A DNA stretch of 64,000 bases from a virus: positions 57,868 through 121,867 of the IMG/VR virus record IMGVR_UViG_3300025732_000021. One strand, given 5' to 3'. The notes below the pieces were generated by a model, which saw only the letters and a program-made list of their open reading frames with translations, was not told the origin of the DNA and made no database searches. Made by a program: the position numbers and the translations under genes. Positions 48,801 to 59,296 of this stretch are shown here, in pieces (position 1 is the stretch's first letter; each line of letters opens with the position of its first letter).

Positions 48801-50229
48801 CGATTATTATGTCATAAAATTTAATTTGTATGTTATTAGATAAATATTTATGAATAATACTTCCAGTATTATTTTCATTAAATGCATCATCATAATCAAA
48901 TATATTAAGATTGCCGACGGATGCTAAGAGTTGTCCGACTGGTAATCCGCTTGTACCTAAATCTGAAGCAGACTTTTTTACAGAAAATCCAGTAACCTTT
49001 TCAGAAATATCTGCAACTAATCTAGGTGACATTTCAATCAAGTCAAAAGTAGAGTTAACTTTATTCATTGTGTCTACCACAATTCTTATTCCTTTAATAT
49101 TTTCAAACTCTCTATATACAGTTTTATTTTCATTATTTGAAATAAAGGTAATTGGGTCAGTTAAATCAGTAACAAAGTTTGTTAATCTTGTGACAGTTTC
49201 CTCTTCTAAATACCAGCCATAGGACGGGGTGAATGTTTCCCAACCACCGTTAAACCATATATGATAAATACCTATGTCATTTTTATCTTGTTTTATTAAA
49301 TAAGCATATCCATTTATAGATTCTTTTGGTAAAAATGATTCATTATAATATTCTTCAGCACGAATAAAAACATCCCTATACTTATCTGGTACCTTTAAAC
49401 CATAGGCAAGTTCAACATAGCCATCTGATTTTATAATTGCTGTTCCATCTTTTCTTCTGGAATTTGATTCAAATGATACAGCGTCAATCCAGTCATTTTG
49501 TTTTAAATATTGTATTTTCCATTTAACTGGTGTTGACTTATTTGCATCACCGTATAATGGATCTGTAAAAGATCCTCCAGGTCCAGAAAAAGGACCAAGG
49601 TCAATAGATCCAACATTAGTTTGCATTTTAACAACTATCCTATTTGTTGGTACTGGACTATTATATACAACAAAAGGACATGCATCATCTATAAAATATT
49701 GACCATTTAATTGTTTATTTGCTATACCAAATACTGATCCAGATTCTGTTCTATAGGATGTCCAATATTTAAAATTATCATTTTTGTCTGCCATGTAATA
49801 TCTAGGTCTATTAGACATATTCATATTTGAGTGATGAACTTTTTTCCCTGGAATATATGTTGCCTTATTTATACCTGACCTTGGCCTAAATTTTTTAAAA
49901 CAATCTTCTAATGAATAAATCATTTTATTTTTTATATTTTGAGATAATAAAAACCATGGCTGTTCATTATCAGATGGATCAATACCACCATCTATTTTAA
50001 TATCAGCATCAGTAGCATTAGTATAAAAATTACCTATATCGTTTTGATCAAAACTATTTGGTATTAATTTATATTTTTCAGAAACAGATAACGTTGGTCT
50101 GTATCTATAATTTCCAATTCTAAAAATGTTATCTGCTATATTCATATTCCATTCTGCAATTACTGCAGATTGAGTCTTTATTGTATTTGATGACTCAAGA
50201 TGTAACTTTAAATCTTCATTTTGAAACAT
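45829..50229 (-). CDS. Large minor tail / tail-tip protein
   Basis: About 1466 aa, two genes after the tape measure; TAATG-coupled start MFQNED. Confidence 0.7.
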   Translation of the reverse strand: MFQNEDLKLHLESSNTIKTQSAVIAEWNMNIADNIFRIGNYRYRPTLSVSEKYKLIPNSFDQNDIGNFYTNATDADIKIDGGIDPSDNEQPWFLLSQNIKNKMIYSLEDCFKKFRPRSGINKATYIPGKKVHHSNMNMSNRPRYYMADKNDNFKYWTSYRTESGSVFGIANKQLNGQYFIDDACPFVVYNSPVPTNRIVVKMQTNVGSIDLGPFSGPGGSFTDPLYGDANKSTPVKWKIQYLKQNDWIDAVSFESNSRRKDGTAIIKSDGYVELAYGLKVPDKYRDVFIRAEEYYNESFLPKESINGYAYLIKQDKNDIGIYHIWFNGGWETFTPSYGWYLEEETVTRLTNFVTDLTDPITFISNNENKTVYREFENIKGIRIVVDTMNKVNSTFDLIEMSPRLVADISEKVTGFSVKKSASDLGTSGLPVGQLLASVGNLNIFDYDDAFNENNTGSIIHKYLSNNIQIKFYDIIIDVDGYDYLVPIKTLYCDAFPKYNPNDKKVNLELRDLYFYFESILAPQMLVTNVSLSYAVSLLLDSIGFSNYTFKRVDGEKELVIPFFYIGPDKTVASVLNDLAISTQTAMFFDEYNNFVMMSKNYMIPSSSQRQKSFTFYGSKDFTKDAAIENKSINTKLTNIIDIASTDKSVFNDGKINYKSRYIQRSYGTIKQASMVDNEASAKNWIYKPVLLWEVTGENSLRSINGEAQSQSAYSLSAIPLNSDLSSSLPIVVGNQLTNNTIDLGEAVYWLSRHSGYFYTNGEIIRFDAVQYSIPGAEKIIAREESNGKVTFTTTTTGAIGNVWISSNQEYQDYLSKLTFNGKIYPTGLVRIYSEPKYEEINGITVMKNGEVSRHGRGQFGTPVLSHKAGLDTYWTDNTYVRGMDMKSEFLFGLEYIGQTQDQIVEGVGEQLSESPAGVNNTKSKENKRTGIIKNFLSTSFTKETQNNTIKSTQTGSIQSSALVMNGPSFSTTETPINFLSYQYKALDNRYKHFGTRMRIVGKIEASETRGQTPLNSTPYYVLPGSQPNQSLNISGGSGGISVLLNPNTNVGYYFEIISLTENNVSEYSSAAENLHNVVFYKILADESGNAIPIKLWGGFTNILVDDGNFTGQSRLMGEENPTVYDLAVEYQDLGSVRQFYLYINNQIVGIVDDNNPTPAYNNMALFVRGGSKCMFENIYALTNNYSQNTVFALDTPVSAAFTDNEINANESFRKYAMSGVIQSTYLSGISSSQPPKFNMYFEEFGSIMREAAYLKVRYDKAYPALYAQLSPTFNRIKGYTVSGFRAGSYGAEFLIFNSTDTTINLDETSGNYLRIQGITFTQQSENELTVDNYFTKNSNFSDPQIGKDGLIISPIRAEQDYDKIKTSRLTYGRKEFAIDSPYIQSEDDARDLMSWIIEKIMKPRKSVGVKVFSMPIVQLGDIVNIEYKNENNIDVVSPSSSNFVVYNIDYQKDINGPSMTLYLSEV

Positions 50230-50903
50230 TATACCTCTTCCAGCGTTACGCTTATGTTCCAAAAGTCAAAATTACTACCGCCTCTTTTTACGATGCTATA
50301 GTTAAAATCTGTAAAATACATTTCTATTAATTGATTATATTGTGGAAGATGTGCATAAGAATTATTGTCAATATCACCATTGTCATTTTTAAAATTTTTA
50401 TATTTATCATATGCTAAATAAACCCAGAATGGTCCCTTATGATTTTCATACCAATCTAAAATTTCTACTCCTCCAGCACCACCATCTGTTGTAAACTCTA
50501 AATTATTGTCATTAATATGAGGAGATTTTCCAGTAGTAGCATTAAATTCTGCTACCTGAAAATATGATCTGGATGGAAGCATTTGCCATGATGTACTTAT
50601 TTGTAATTTATCTGCTATATGATAAGATCTCATTCTTCCATTAATCATTCTTTCACGTTTTTCAATTCTTACAGGTCTAAAATCTATTTCTTGTCTATTG
50701 TCATCAGATAAAATAATAAATTGATTATAAAGAGATTCATCAGTTTCGCTTCCAGGATCTTGTCCTATTTCCAAACCATTTGGAACATATATTTTTGAGC
50801 CACCAGGACTTGTTTCTGCTAAAGTTCCAGAATTGTTTGCCCAGAGCATTGCTTGAGGTCTTTGGTACCTTCTTCTACCAGTTATGTAATTTACTGTAGC
50901 CAT
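50229..50903 (-). CDS. Distal-tail-like minor tail protein
   Basis: Directly after the tape measure; ends WNISVTLEEV. Confidence 0.65.
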   Translation of the reverse strand: MATVNYITGRRRYQRPQAMLWANNSGTLAETSPGGSKIYVPNGLEIGQDPGSETDESLYNQFIILSDDNRQEIDFRPVRIEKRERMINGRMRSYHIADKLQISTSWQMLPSRSYFQVAEFNATTGKSPHINDNNLEFTTDGGAGGVEILDWYENHKGPFWVYLAYDKYKNFKNDNGDIDNNSYAHLPQYNQLIEMYFTDFNYSIVKRGGSNFDFWNISVTLEEV

Positions 50904-53900
50904 TATACTGCTCTGCTCCTTAATCTCTTTGAATCTACTTGACGAATTTGACCCATTACCGCCCTTGCAATTTCATCAGGATTTGCATCTGATTTTACAT
51001 TAACAGCAATACTATAATTATACACCGAAGCATCTGATACATCGCCATTGTTAATTGCTCTCATTTTATCTACGCCATACGTATTTACTGCATATTTGCT
51101 CATGATAAATTCTCCAGGTGTTAACATTGAAGGAACAACATCAGTTCCTATAACTGGTCCACCAACAGCAAATCTTTTAATAAGCCCTCCAGAAGATTTA
51201 CCGCTAGGCCAGTTAGCAAATTGAGATGCTGCAATTGCATTTCCACCAAACTTTTTAATATCTGCAGCAGCCTTAGCCTTTGCAGCAGCATCAGCAGCAG
51301 CCTTAGCAGCATTTGCTGAAGTAGATGATGCTATAACTTTATTCGCAGCATTAATAACCTTCATATCTGATGCTGCTAGTCCTGCACCAAAATCGCTTGG
51401 TGTAGCACCCTTAGTTAAACTTTGAGTTACTTTTTTATTATACTCATTTTTTGCGTCAACTAAGTTTAAAGCATTTATAACTTTTTGATCAGCAGACGCT
51501 AGATCGTGACCGAAATCACTTGGCGTTGCTCCAGGTGCTAATGACTTTGCAACAATTTTGTCATATTCTTCTTTTGCTTCAATTAAATATGGAGTAAAAC
51601 CATTAATTAACCTTCCGCTATAATCTGTATTTGAATCACCAGTAGAATCATTGTTATTTCCAGATCCATCAGTTTTGCTTGTACCATCACTATTATCTGT
51701 ATTAAATGATCCAGCAGGAACACATCTGCCGTCATCTGCCTTAACCATTCCTGGGCCACATTCGCTTACACCGCCAACTGGAACACAGTTTCCAGCATCA
51801 TTCATGATATGTCCAGGAGGGCATGGCTCTGGTCCTGGTCCTGGTCCTGGTCCTGGTCCTGGTCCTGGTGTTCCTCCGTTTTCATATATAGTTATAATTT
51901 TATGTGTAGTTGTAATTATTTTTCCATCAAGCGAATTCCAATAATTAACAATATCTTCAACAACTGTAAGTGCTGCAGCAATTGCTTGCATATATTCTGC
52001 ACTAGATGTTCTTGCAATATCTATTCTATTTTTTATTGCTTCCCATTCTAATTTACTTTTTCCAAGAACTGTAAGTGATTGAATTAGTTCTCTCTTTTTT
52101 GCTTCTTCGATACGCACTCTTTCTTGTGCTGGTTCAAGTTCCTGTTCCTCTATCTTAAATATTTGATCACGTAAATTTTTAATCTGATCTTCTATTTGTG
52201 CACGAGTATAACCTTTTTCATTTCTTATATTTGCTAATTCATTTTCTTTAGCAGCATCTAATAATTTTTGCTGATTATCTATTGCATCTGTTGCTTGTTG
52301 AGATCTTATGTCTTGGGCTGCTCTTGCAGCAGCAGCAATATCTCCTTGTGACAATGCATCAGCAAGTGTAAGTTGTCCCTTTTGTTGTTTAGATATTTTA
52401 TCATTTAAACTTCTTATTTCATCTAATGCTTTATATTTAAGGTCATACTTATCATTAATTTTTTGCTCTTGTTCTTCTATACCCTTGAGACTTGCTTCCC
52501 AATCATCTATTTGATAATTAATTCCAGCAATTTTATCTTGAGCCTTTTCAATAATATCTTGATCTTTTAATGTGGTAAATTGAAAATCAAGTTCAATCTT
52601 AGTTTCCATAACAGAAAACTTTTCCATAGCCTTTTCAAAACCCTTATTAAATATTGACTCTTTAAATTCTATAGAATTAAGTACTTGTTGCAATCGTTCT
52701 TTAAATACTGCTGCTTGTTCTTTTGTAAGTTTATCCCAATTTGCCATTGCCTCTCTTAATGTATCGTCACTAAGGATTGCATCTGCTTCAAGCCAACTCC
52801 AATTGTTTGCTTTTGCTGCTTTTGCTAGATTTGCTCTTGCTGCAGCAGTCTGCTTATCTGCATCAATATCACCTTGTAAATCAGTTTTAATTTGATTTCC
52901 TTTAGATAAAGTTTTTGCTTCTTTTAATAATTTAATTAATTTTTGTGCAGCCTTTGTATTACCTTCTGATGCTATCATTGCAGCAAATGCTTTATCGGCA
53001 ATTAATTCTTGTGTATCTGCATAACTCAATCCAGCCTTTGTTAATATATCATATGCTGCTGATTGATCTGCTATTTCTTGTTTTAATTGAATCATTTGAG
53101 AAGCATAGTCTCCAGCAACTACAGCATTTAATGCTTCTTGTATTGTTTTTGCATCTTTTTTTAATCCAATAATATTATTATTATTATCAAATTTAAATAA
53201 TTGATTTTTTCTTTTTTCATATTCTTTTGGATCCATGCCAACAATGAGTTCAATAAAGTTACCTTTAGCACCAAGTTTAGCCAGGTCTTGCTCTATACCG
53301 CTAAACATTTCAAGTCTTTTTTTGCCACCAAATAACTGATCTAAAGTTTTCATTGATGCAGACCAACCTTCAGTTACCTTTATTTGATTTTTACGAACAT
53401 CCCTTAACTTTTTAACAATGTCATCTAATGGAGATGAATCAACCTTTCCTCCACCACTAGTGGTTTTTGCTGGAGTAGCAGAAGCCTGAGCAATAGATTC
53501 TTGTGTTACTTTCCATGGTTGGAATTGTCTATAAGCAGCAATCTGCTCTCCAATACTTTTTCCAGAATATGAAACTCCATTATATAAAGCACCTTCTTTT
53601 TGCCATTTAATAAATTCAGGATCTGCTTGTATTACTGGATCTGGAACATTTACAATAGTAGCAATTTCTTTTAGATATGTTATTCTTTCATCTTGAGATA
53701 ATTTTTCAAAATATGCTTTATCAATTGACCCCATAACATTTTCAGGTAAAAAGTTAGTCATTACATCAAGAGTTAACTTACCTTTATTTTTATCAATATT
53801 ATCAATTATTTCTTGTGTTTTTGCTTGCATTTCTGGATTCTTCATATAGAAATTTAATATTGCTGTCATGTCAAATACACCATTTGTGTTTGCTACTTCA

Positions 53901-56900
53901 GCAAAAAAGTCTATATACTTTGATGCTTCTTTATCATCTTTTTTAGTTGCAACGCTTGCTAAAAATTTTGTTTGTAACTCTTTATTAGGGGTTCCGTCAG
54001 GGTTTGAAAACATTCCCATTACTCTAGTAGCATCATCCGCAGTGGTAGCACTAAATCTAGTAATAATATCCATATACTGTTGCTGTACGTTTTTATCATT
54101 TCCAAAGTTGCTGAATAAGAACATCTGTTGGCTAGGTGTTAATTCTCCAGTAGACATTTTTACTTTTATTAAATACTGTTGTTCCTTAGTTAATTGTGAT
54201 TCTGACAATAATGTTTTTGCTGCATCCAAATATTGTATTTCATCACTATTCTTATATCTTTGTGTTAATAATTTATCAATACCAGTATCCATGGCGCTTC
54301 TAACATTTCCTTTTGTTGCACCATAATTTGTCATTATATCTTTATTTAACTGAGCACCCTTTTCTACAAGTTTATTTCTATCTTCATCATACTTTTTCTG
54401 TAGTGCTTTTGCTTCAGTAATTTTTCCTTCTATTTCTAATTCTTTTATTTTCTTTTGATAATACAAATCTAAAGAATCTAGCATTTCTTTTTGTTGTTCC
54501 ATCTGTGCTCTTTGTGATGCAACGACTGCTCCAGATAACTTACCATTTCTTTCATTAGCCCCTCTTTGAGAGAAATAGCCTCCTACTGCACCAGCAATAG
54601 CGCCTAGACCAGTACCAACTATTGTTCCAATACCTGGCAATATAGCAGTTCCAATTGCTGCACCTAATCCAGCACCTGCTGCAGTCATTCCACCCATAGC
54701 AACATTTGGATTTAAAGCACCCATATTAAGGAAGCCCCCACGACCACCCTTTTCTTGCATTTGCTGAAATAGTTGTTTGTTTTGTCCCTCTGTTTGCTCA
54801 ATAAGTTTCATTCTAATCTCTAAAGGATCTTTTTCTAAATTTTCTCCATTTGGTCCAATTAGTTGATTTATTTGAGCAGTTACCGAAAATCCTAATCCAT
54901 AATTTCCTGTTTTCTGACCAATATTTAATGCTATTGATTTTGCTTGTTCTGCACTTAATGCTCCAGCCAATACGCTACTTACTAATTGATTAGTTAAATC
55001 TCCTCCAGTAGCCTTAACTCCCCGAGTTTTAAGAGATTCAACTGTTGCGTCCATAACAGTTTTACCTTCTTTACTAGACACATATGCTTCTCCAAATGTA
55101 GTCTTTCCTGGTTTTGCGCCAACTAATCCAAATTTCTGATCTCTTCTTCTATCCATAATTTCACCAGCAGTAACGTTGCCAGAGAATTTAGCAAGGTTTC
55201 TCATTGAATCTTTGCTTGCTGACAAAGACTCTCTTAGTTTAATTGATGAATCTTGTGCCTTATCAAATTCCATTCTAAGTTTAATAATTCCTGCAGCCAT
55301 TGCACCTATAGAAACCATAAGTGCTCCTATAGGGGTTTGTAACATAGGCCCAATCATTGTTAGCATCATTAAAGGCATCATTAATTTTTGAGATACGTCA
55401 CCAACTTTGCCTGGGACCATTGATCCAGCCATAGCAGCCATTGAGAGGCCCATACCAACTCCACCCATGCTAACACCAGGTCTTGAACCTCTTTCAGCCT
55501 TTGCAAGTCTTTGTTGTTCAATTTTATTTTGTCTCCAATTACTAAACTTTCCAGCAACTGTTGGCTTTGCAGTTCCTGCTCCAGCAACCATTGGCATTAT
55601 TGTTGATTGTGATAAAGGTTTCTTTTGTGCTAGTTCTGCGATACGTGCTTGTTTTTGTAATTGTCTACGTAAAGACTTTTGTGAAGCATCTATTGGGCCT
55701 CCGCCATATAAAGATGCACGTGATGCTGCTGCCATTTGTGCTTGTGACATTACACCTTGTGTGGCTGCTACACCTATTTGCTGACCCGCTACTCGTGCAT
55801 CATCTACATATTCTTGTGCACCTATTATTAGTCCACGCCCAGCATCTTGACCAATCTTTTGCATTCTTTTTGATGGAGATGCAGATTGTAATTCAGCCCT
55901 TAAACCTTGCTCTAAACCATTTACAAGATGTTGTGCTGTTTGTTTTCCAAGATTTGTTCCTACACGAAGTTTAATTCTTTGTTCTCTATTAGCAGCCCTA
56001 GCAGCCTGCTCTTGTTTTGTTTGACCAAAATGTTCTTGAGAAGTTCCTGCTAAATATGCTGGCGATGCTGGTGCAATACCTGGAGTAAGCATAAATCTAG
56101 GAATTCCATATTGTGGTAATCCAGCAGCACCTCCAAACATTGAGATTCCTGCACCTCTGGCCTTAGATAAACCTTGAAAGTTTCCAGGCTTTGTAATTGA
56201 TTGTGCAACTATATTATTTGGTAACTTACCAGCAAGTGCAGTTGCATCAGCAGCATTTTTTACATTAAGTCCAAGTCTTCTTGCCTCATTTTGTGCTTGA
56301 ATTAAATCTTGTTGTAACATTGGAGCCATTTTCCTAGCAGCGTCTGCAAACTTGCTAACTGGGCCTCCAGCCCTCTTCATATCTGCATTAAACTTTTCCA
56401 TCAAATTGCCAAAGGCTTTTTCTGCTGGAATTCCCTTTTGAACTGCTTCTGTTGCTACATCTATTGCTTTTTTATTTGCTATTTGCCATTCTTTTATTTC
56501 TTTGTTAATTGATGTAACTGAAATCTTTGCAGCCTTAGCAATATCCTTTGCATAAATGCTAGTTAGATTTACCATACTTGCTGGATTAATACTTGTAAAT
56601 GGAACAGCACCTCCAGAATTTGAAACATTTAATTTATATGGAATTGGAACTGTTGTGCCAGACTTTCCAACCCTACCCTCAGATCCGCTACCAATTCTTC
56701 TTAATTTCTTTTCTACTACACTACCAACACCTTCTGAAAGGTATTCCATAGTACCACCAGCAATCATATGTTTTATTGCTGGTTTATTTCTTGGATCTTG
56801 TGCTGGACCTGCTGGGATTACTGCTTCTCCTGGAGTAAGCATTGCAGGGACAGTATCTGTACCTCTAGCAAAATAAAATGGTCTTACCTTTGTTGTACCA

Positions 56901-58891
56901 CTTGCAAACTTTGCCCTCTTACCCCCACCTATAATTGGACCACTAAATCCACGTTGGGCAGCAATTGCTCTTTGATAGGCGCTTATTAATGCATTTAAAG
57001 CAGATGTTTCAGATGTAAATGTTTGCTGTAATCTTGTGTGTATTTGATTTAAAGATGCTGCGACAGATGCTGCTTCTGCCTGCTCTGATGTTAAATATTG
57101 TGTTTGTTCTCCTAAAGTATTTGAAGATTGTCCTGCACGATTAAATATTGATTTCATGCTAACAAATAGTTTAATAATATTTGCAAGTCCGTTAGCCAAT
57201 AAACCAAAGGTCATAAGTAATATTGGACCTATTCCGCCAAGAAGTGTTGTTAGAATTACAACAAACTTTTTAGTTCCATCACCAAGATTATTAAACTTTT
57301 CTAATACCTTACCAATAAACTCTGCTATAGGTGTTATTGCTTTTAAAAATTGCTCACCGACTGGTGCTAAACTAACCTTTAAATCCTCTATTGTTTTCTT
57401 AAATTTATATGTAGTTGACTCTTCAACTTTAGATAATTCTCGTTCAGATAAAATAGCAAGTTCTTCTGTTGTGGCTTGAGTTAATTTTAATACACGACTT
57501 GCTTGATTTCCTTGCTGAATAACATTTTGGAATAGTGTTGATAAACGTGCAAACTGAAATTTACCAAATAATTGTTCAATTGCCTTTGCTCTATTTAATG
57601 GATCTAATGTATTAAGTGCTGCAGCAAAATCTAATACAACCTGTTTTACATTGCCCTTGTTTGTTTCAACAATTCCCTTTAAATTAATTCCCATATCAGC
57701 AAGCATTTGAGATGCTTTATCTGTTGGATTAATTAACGATGCAAGTCCAGACTTAAGTGCGTTTGCACCTTCTGATGCATTAATTCCACCTTCTTTCATT
57801 GCTGTTAAGAAGAATGCAAGATCTTCAACATCTCCACCAAGTTGTTTTACAACTGGACCAGCCTTTGGTATAGCAACTGTTAAATCTTCAATAGATACAA
57901 CTGTTTGGTTTTCTACTGCGTTTAAAAAGTTAATTTTTTGTGCTAATTTTTCTGCAGACAATCCAAAAGCATTTGTTAAGGATATTGTAGTTTCTAAAGA
58001 TTGCTCTTGTTCTACGCCACCTAAAACAGATAATCTTGTTGCTTCATTAACCTGTGCAAGCAGTTCAGCACCCATCTTGCCTTGTGCTGCTGCAGTGGCT
58101 GCCATCTCCATTGTCTTTTCAACAGCAACACCATACTTTGTAAATTGTTTAGCAAGTATTTGAATGTCTGAAAGCATTTTTTCAGTTTCTGCACCAGTAG
58201 TAAACATTTCTCCATAAACACGTTTAAATCTAATAGCCTGTTCTTCTAATTGCATAAAAGTTTTAGCAGCAGCAGTTCCAAGGTATGTTAGTGGTATTGT
58301 AAAGCCTACCATTAACTGACGACCAGCCCATTGTGTATTTTTACCAAAGTTAAGCATATTTGTTGCGCCTTGCTTCATTAACTGATTAAGCAATGCTTGT
58401 CTTTGTGATGCTATTGCAGTTTGAGTTCCATAGTTTTGCATATCAAGAGCCAATGGTCTAATAGCAATTGCTCTCATTGCCCCATTAGCATCTCTACCTA
58501 ATTTAATATACTGAGTTTGTAAATCTTTGACACGTTCACGTGCGACCTTACTTATGGTATCAAATTCTGATGAAAATAATCTTCCGAAAGTTTTTGTAGC
58601 ACCCATTGAATAGCGATAGTAATCTCGCATTGAAAGTTTGTTTTTTTCAAGAGCATTTGTAAAAGATTCTGTTGTAGTTTTAACAGTCCGCATAGAAGCA
58701 GACCATTTACCAGAAGCATTAAGTGAGTTGATTAAATTTTGTTGCATATTGGCGGAGACTGCTGACGCTGCTGCGCCACTCTTCGCCATAGATGTATGGA
58801 AGGCTGATATCTGCTTCTGTAAAAGTTTTATGCTGGCTAATGCTTCAGACGTATCGATATTTACATGAATATTCGATTGAACATCAGCCAT
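50903..58891 (-). CDS. Tape measure protein
   Basis: 2662 aa, Ala/Gly/Lys helical, TP901-like core (EGGINASEGANALK, LFGK); follows the tail chaperones. Confidence 0.93.
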   Translation of the reverse strand: MADVQSNIHVNIDTSEALASIKLLQKQISAFHTSMAKSGAAASAVSANMQQNLINSLNASGKWSASMRTVKTTTESFTNALEKNKLSMRDYYRYSMGATKTFGRLFSSEFDTISKVARERVKDLQTQYIKLGRDANGAMRAIAIRPLALDMQNYGTQTAIASQRQALLNQLMKQGATNMLNFGKNTQWAGRQLMVGFTIPLTYLGTAAAKTFMQLEEQAIRFKRVYGEMFTTGAETEKMLSDIQILAKQFTKYGVAVEKTMEMAATAAAQGKMGAELLAQVNEATRLSVLGGVEQEQSLETTISLTNAFGLSAEKLAQKINFLNAVENQTVVSIEDLTVAIPKAGPVVKQLGGDVEDLAFFLTAMKEGGINASEGANALKSGLASLINPTDKASQMLADMGINLKGIVETNKGNVKQVVLDFAAALNTLDPLNRAKAIEQLFGKFQFARLSTLFQNVIQQGNQASRVLKLTQATTEELAILSERELSKVEESTTYKFKKTIEDLKVSLAPVGEQFLKAITPIAEFIGKVLEKFNNLGDGTKKFVVILTTLLGGIGPILLMTFGLLANGLANIIKLFVSMKSIFNRAGQSSNTLGEQTQYLTSEQAEAASVAASLNQIHTRLQQTFTSETSALNALISAYQRAIAAQRGFSGPIIGGGKRAKFASGTTKVRPFYFARGTDTVPAMLTPGEAVIPAGPAQDPRNKPAIKHMIAGGTMEYLSEGVGSVVEKKLRRIGSGSEGRVGKSGTTVPIPYKLNVSNSGGAVPFTSINPASMVNLTSIYAKDIAKAAKISVTSINKEIKEWQIANKKAIDVATEAVQKGIPAEKAFGNLMEKFNADMKRAGGPVSKFADAARKMAPMLQQDLIQAQNEARRLGLNVKNAADATALAGKLPNNIVAQSITKPGNFQGLSKARGAGISMFGGAAGLPQYGIPRFMLTPGIAPASPAYLAGTSQEHFGQTKQEQAARAANREQRIKLRVGTNLGKQTAQHLVNGLEQGLRAELQSASPSKRMQKIGQDAGRGLIIGAQEYVDDARVAGQQIGVAATQGVMSQAQMAAASRASLYGGGPIDASQKSLRRQLQKQARIAELAQKKPLSQSTIMPMVAGAGTAKPTVAGKFSNWRQNKIEQQRLAKAERGSRPGVSMGGVGMGLSMAAMAGSMVPGKVGDVSQKLMMPLMMLTMIGPMLQTPIGALMVSIGAMAAGIIKLRMEFDKAQDSSIKLRESLSASKDSMRNLAKFSGNVTAGEIMDRRRDQKFGLVGAKPGKTTFGEAYVSSKEGKTVMDATVESLKTRGVKATGGDLTNQLVSSVLAGALSAEQAKSIALNIGQKTGNYGLGFSVTAQINQLIGPNGENLEKDPLEIRMKLIEQTEGQNKQLFQQMQEKGGRGGFLNMGALNPNVAMGGMTAAGAGLGAAIGTAILPGIGTIVGTGLGAIAGAVGGYFSQRGANERNGKLSGAVVASQRAQMEQQKEMLDSLDLYYQKKIKELEIEGKITEAKALQKKYDEDRNKLVEKGAQLNKDIMTNYGATKGNVRSAMDTGIDKLLTQRYKNSDEIQYLDAAKTLLSESQLTKEQQYLIKVKMSTGELTPSQQMFLFSNFGNDKNVQQQYMDIITRFSATTADDATRVMGMFSNPDGTPNKELQTKFLASVATKKDDKEASKYIDFFAEVANTNGVFDMTAILNFYMKNPEMQAKTQEIIDNIDKNKGKLTLDVMTNFLPENVMGSIDKAYFEKLSQDERITYLKEIATIVNVPDPVIQADPEFIKWQKEGALYNGVSYSGKSIGEQIAAYRQFQPWKVTQESIAQASATPAKTTSGGGKVDSSPLDDIVKKLRDVRKNQIKVTEGWSASMKTLDQLFGGKKRLEMFSGIEQDLAKLGAKGNFIELIVGMDPKEYEKRKNQLFKFDNNNNIIGLKKDAKTIQEALNAVVAGDYASQMIQLKQEIADQSAAYDILTKAGLSYADTQELIADKAFAAMIASEGNTKAAQKLIKLLKEAKTLSKGNQIKTDLQGDIDADKQTAAARANLAKAAKANNWSWLEADAILSDDTLREAMANWDKLTKEQAAVFKERLQQVLNSIEFKESIFNKGFEKAMEKFSVMETKIELDFQFTTLKDQDIIEKAQDKIAGINYQIDDWEASLKGIEEQEQKINDKYDLKYKALDEIRSLNDKISKQQKGQLTLADALSQGDIAAAARAAQDIRSQQATDAIDNQQKLLDAAKENELANIRNEKGYTRAQIEDQIKNLRDQIFKIEEQELEPAQERVRIEEAKKRELIQSLTVLGKSKLEWEAIKNRIDIARTSSAEYMQAIAAALTVVEDIVNYWNSLDGKIITTTHKIITIYENGGTPGPGPGPGPGPGPEPCPPGHIMNDAGNCVPVGGVSECGPGMVKADDGRCVPAGSFNTDNSDGTSKTDGSGNNNDSTGDSNTDYSGRLINGFTPYLIEAKEEYDKIVAKSLAPGATPSDFGHDLASADQKVINALNLVDAKNEYNKKVTQSLTKGATPSDFGAGLAASDMKVINAANKVIASSTSANAAKAAADAAAKAKAAADIKKFGGNAIAASQFANWPSGKSSGGLIKRFAVGGPVIGTDVVPSMLTPGEFIMSKYAVNTYGVDKMRAINNGDVSDASVYNYSIAVNVKSDANPDEIARAVMGQIRQVDSKRLRSRAV
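51829..51869. repeat. (ggtcct)n hexamer repeat encoding poly-Pro-Gly in the tape measure
   Basis: Six perfect ggtcct units. Confidence 0.9.
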
Positions 58892-58920
58892 TCCATTACA
58901 CCTCTATTTATATTTATTTT

Positions 58921-59247
58921 TTATACGTTTGCAAGTCCGCCGATAAGACTGGCTTCTGTTAACTTAATTCCTGAAGCCTCTTCAACGATTTTGTAAACTG
59001 TAGGAAGATCCAAATTCTCTTCAAGAGCAGCAAGATCTTCTGACAACTCTGGCTTATATTGCTGCATAGCAATTGCTACACATTCCATAAGAAGAGTCAT
59101 TGATTTTTCATTATCTTCTGCCACTGCTGCAATACCTTCGAACTTCTTCATAAATGGACGAAGAAGAGATATCTTCAGTGGTCTTACTTTTATCTTTGTG
59201 CCGTCAATAAGAACGATTTCTTTTGCTTCATGCACAGTTGTAGCCAT
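58921..59247 (-). CDS. Tail assembly chaperone, gpG-like
   Basis: Directly upstream of the tape measure; AAGGAGGA SD; own TGTGGTATAAT. Confidence 0.75.
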   Translation of the reverse strand: MATTVHEAKEIVLIDGTKIKVRPLKISLLRPFMKKFEGIAAVAEDNEKSMTLLMECVAIAMQQYKPELSEDLAALEENLDLPTVYKIVEEASGIKLTEASLIGGLANV

Positions 59248-59272
59248 TATTCCTCCTTATAAGGTTGAATTA

Positions 59273-59283
59273 ATTATACCACA
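59273..59283 (-). promoter_or_regulatory. Extended -10 promoter for the short chaperone and tape measure
   Basis: TGTGGTATAAT upstream of a strong SD. Confidence 0.55.
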
Positions 59284-59296
59284 ATGGCTTTTATTT

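Noticed and set aside
2422-58221. Other same-strand alternate-frame ORFs (2422-2631, 21219-21413, 21701-21904, 23070-23366, 55381-55587, 58021-58221)
   Set aside because: Typical Leu/Met/Gln-rich frame shadows without the clear SD and codon anomalies seen in dnaE; 23070-23366 is explained by low-complexity sequence
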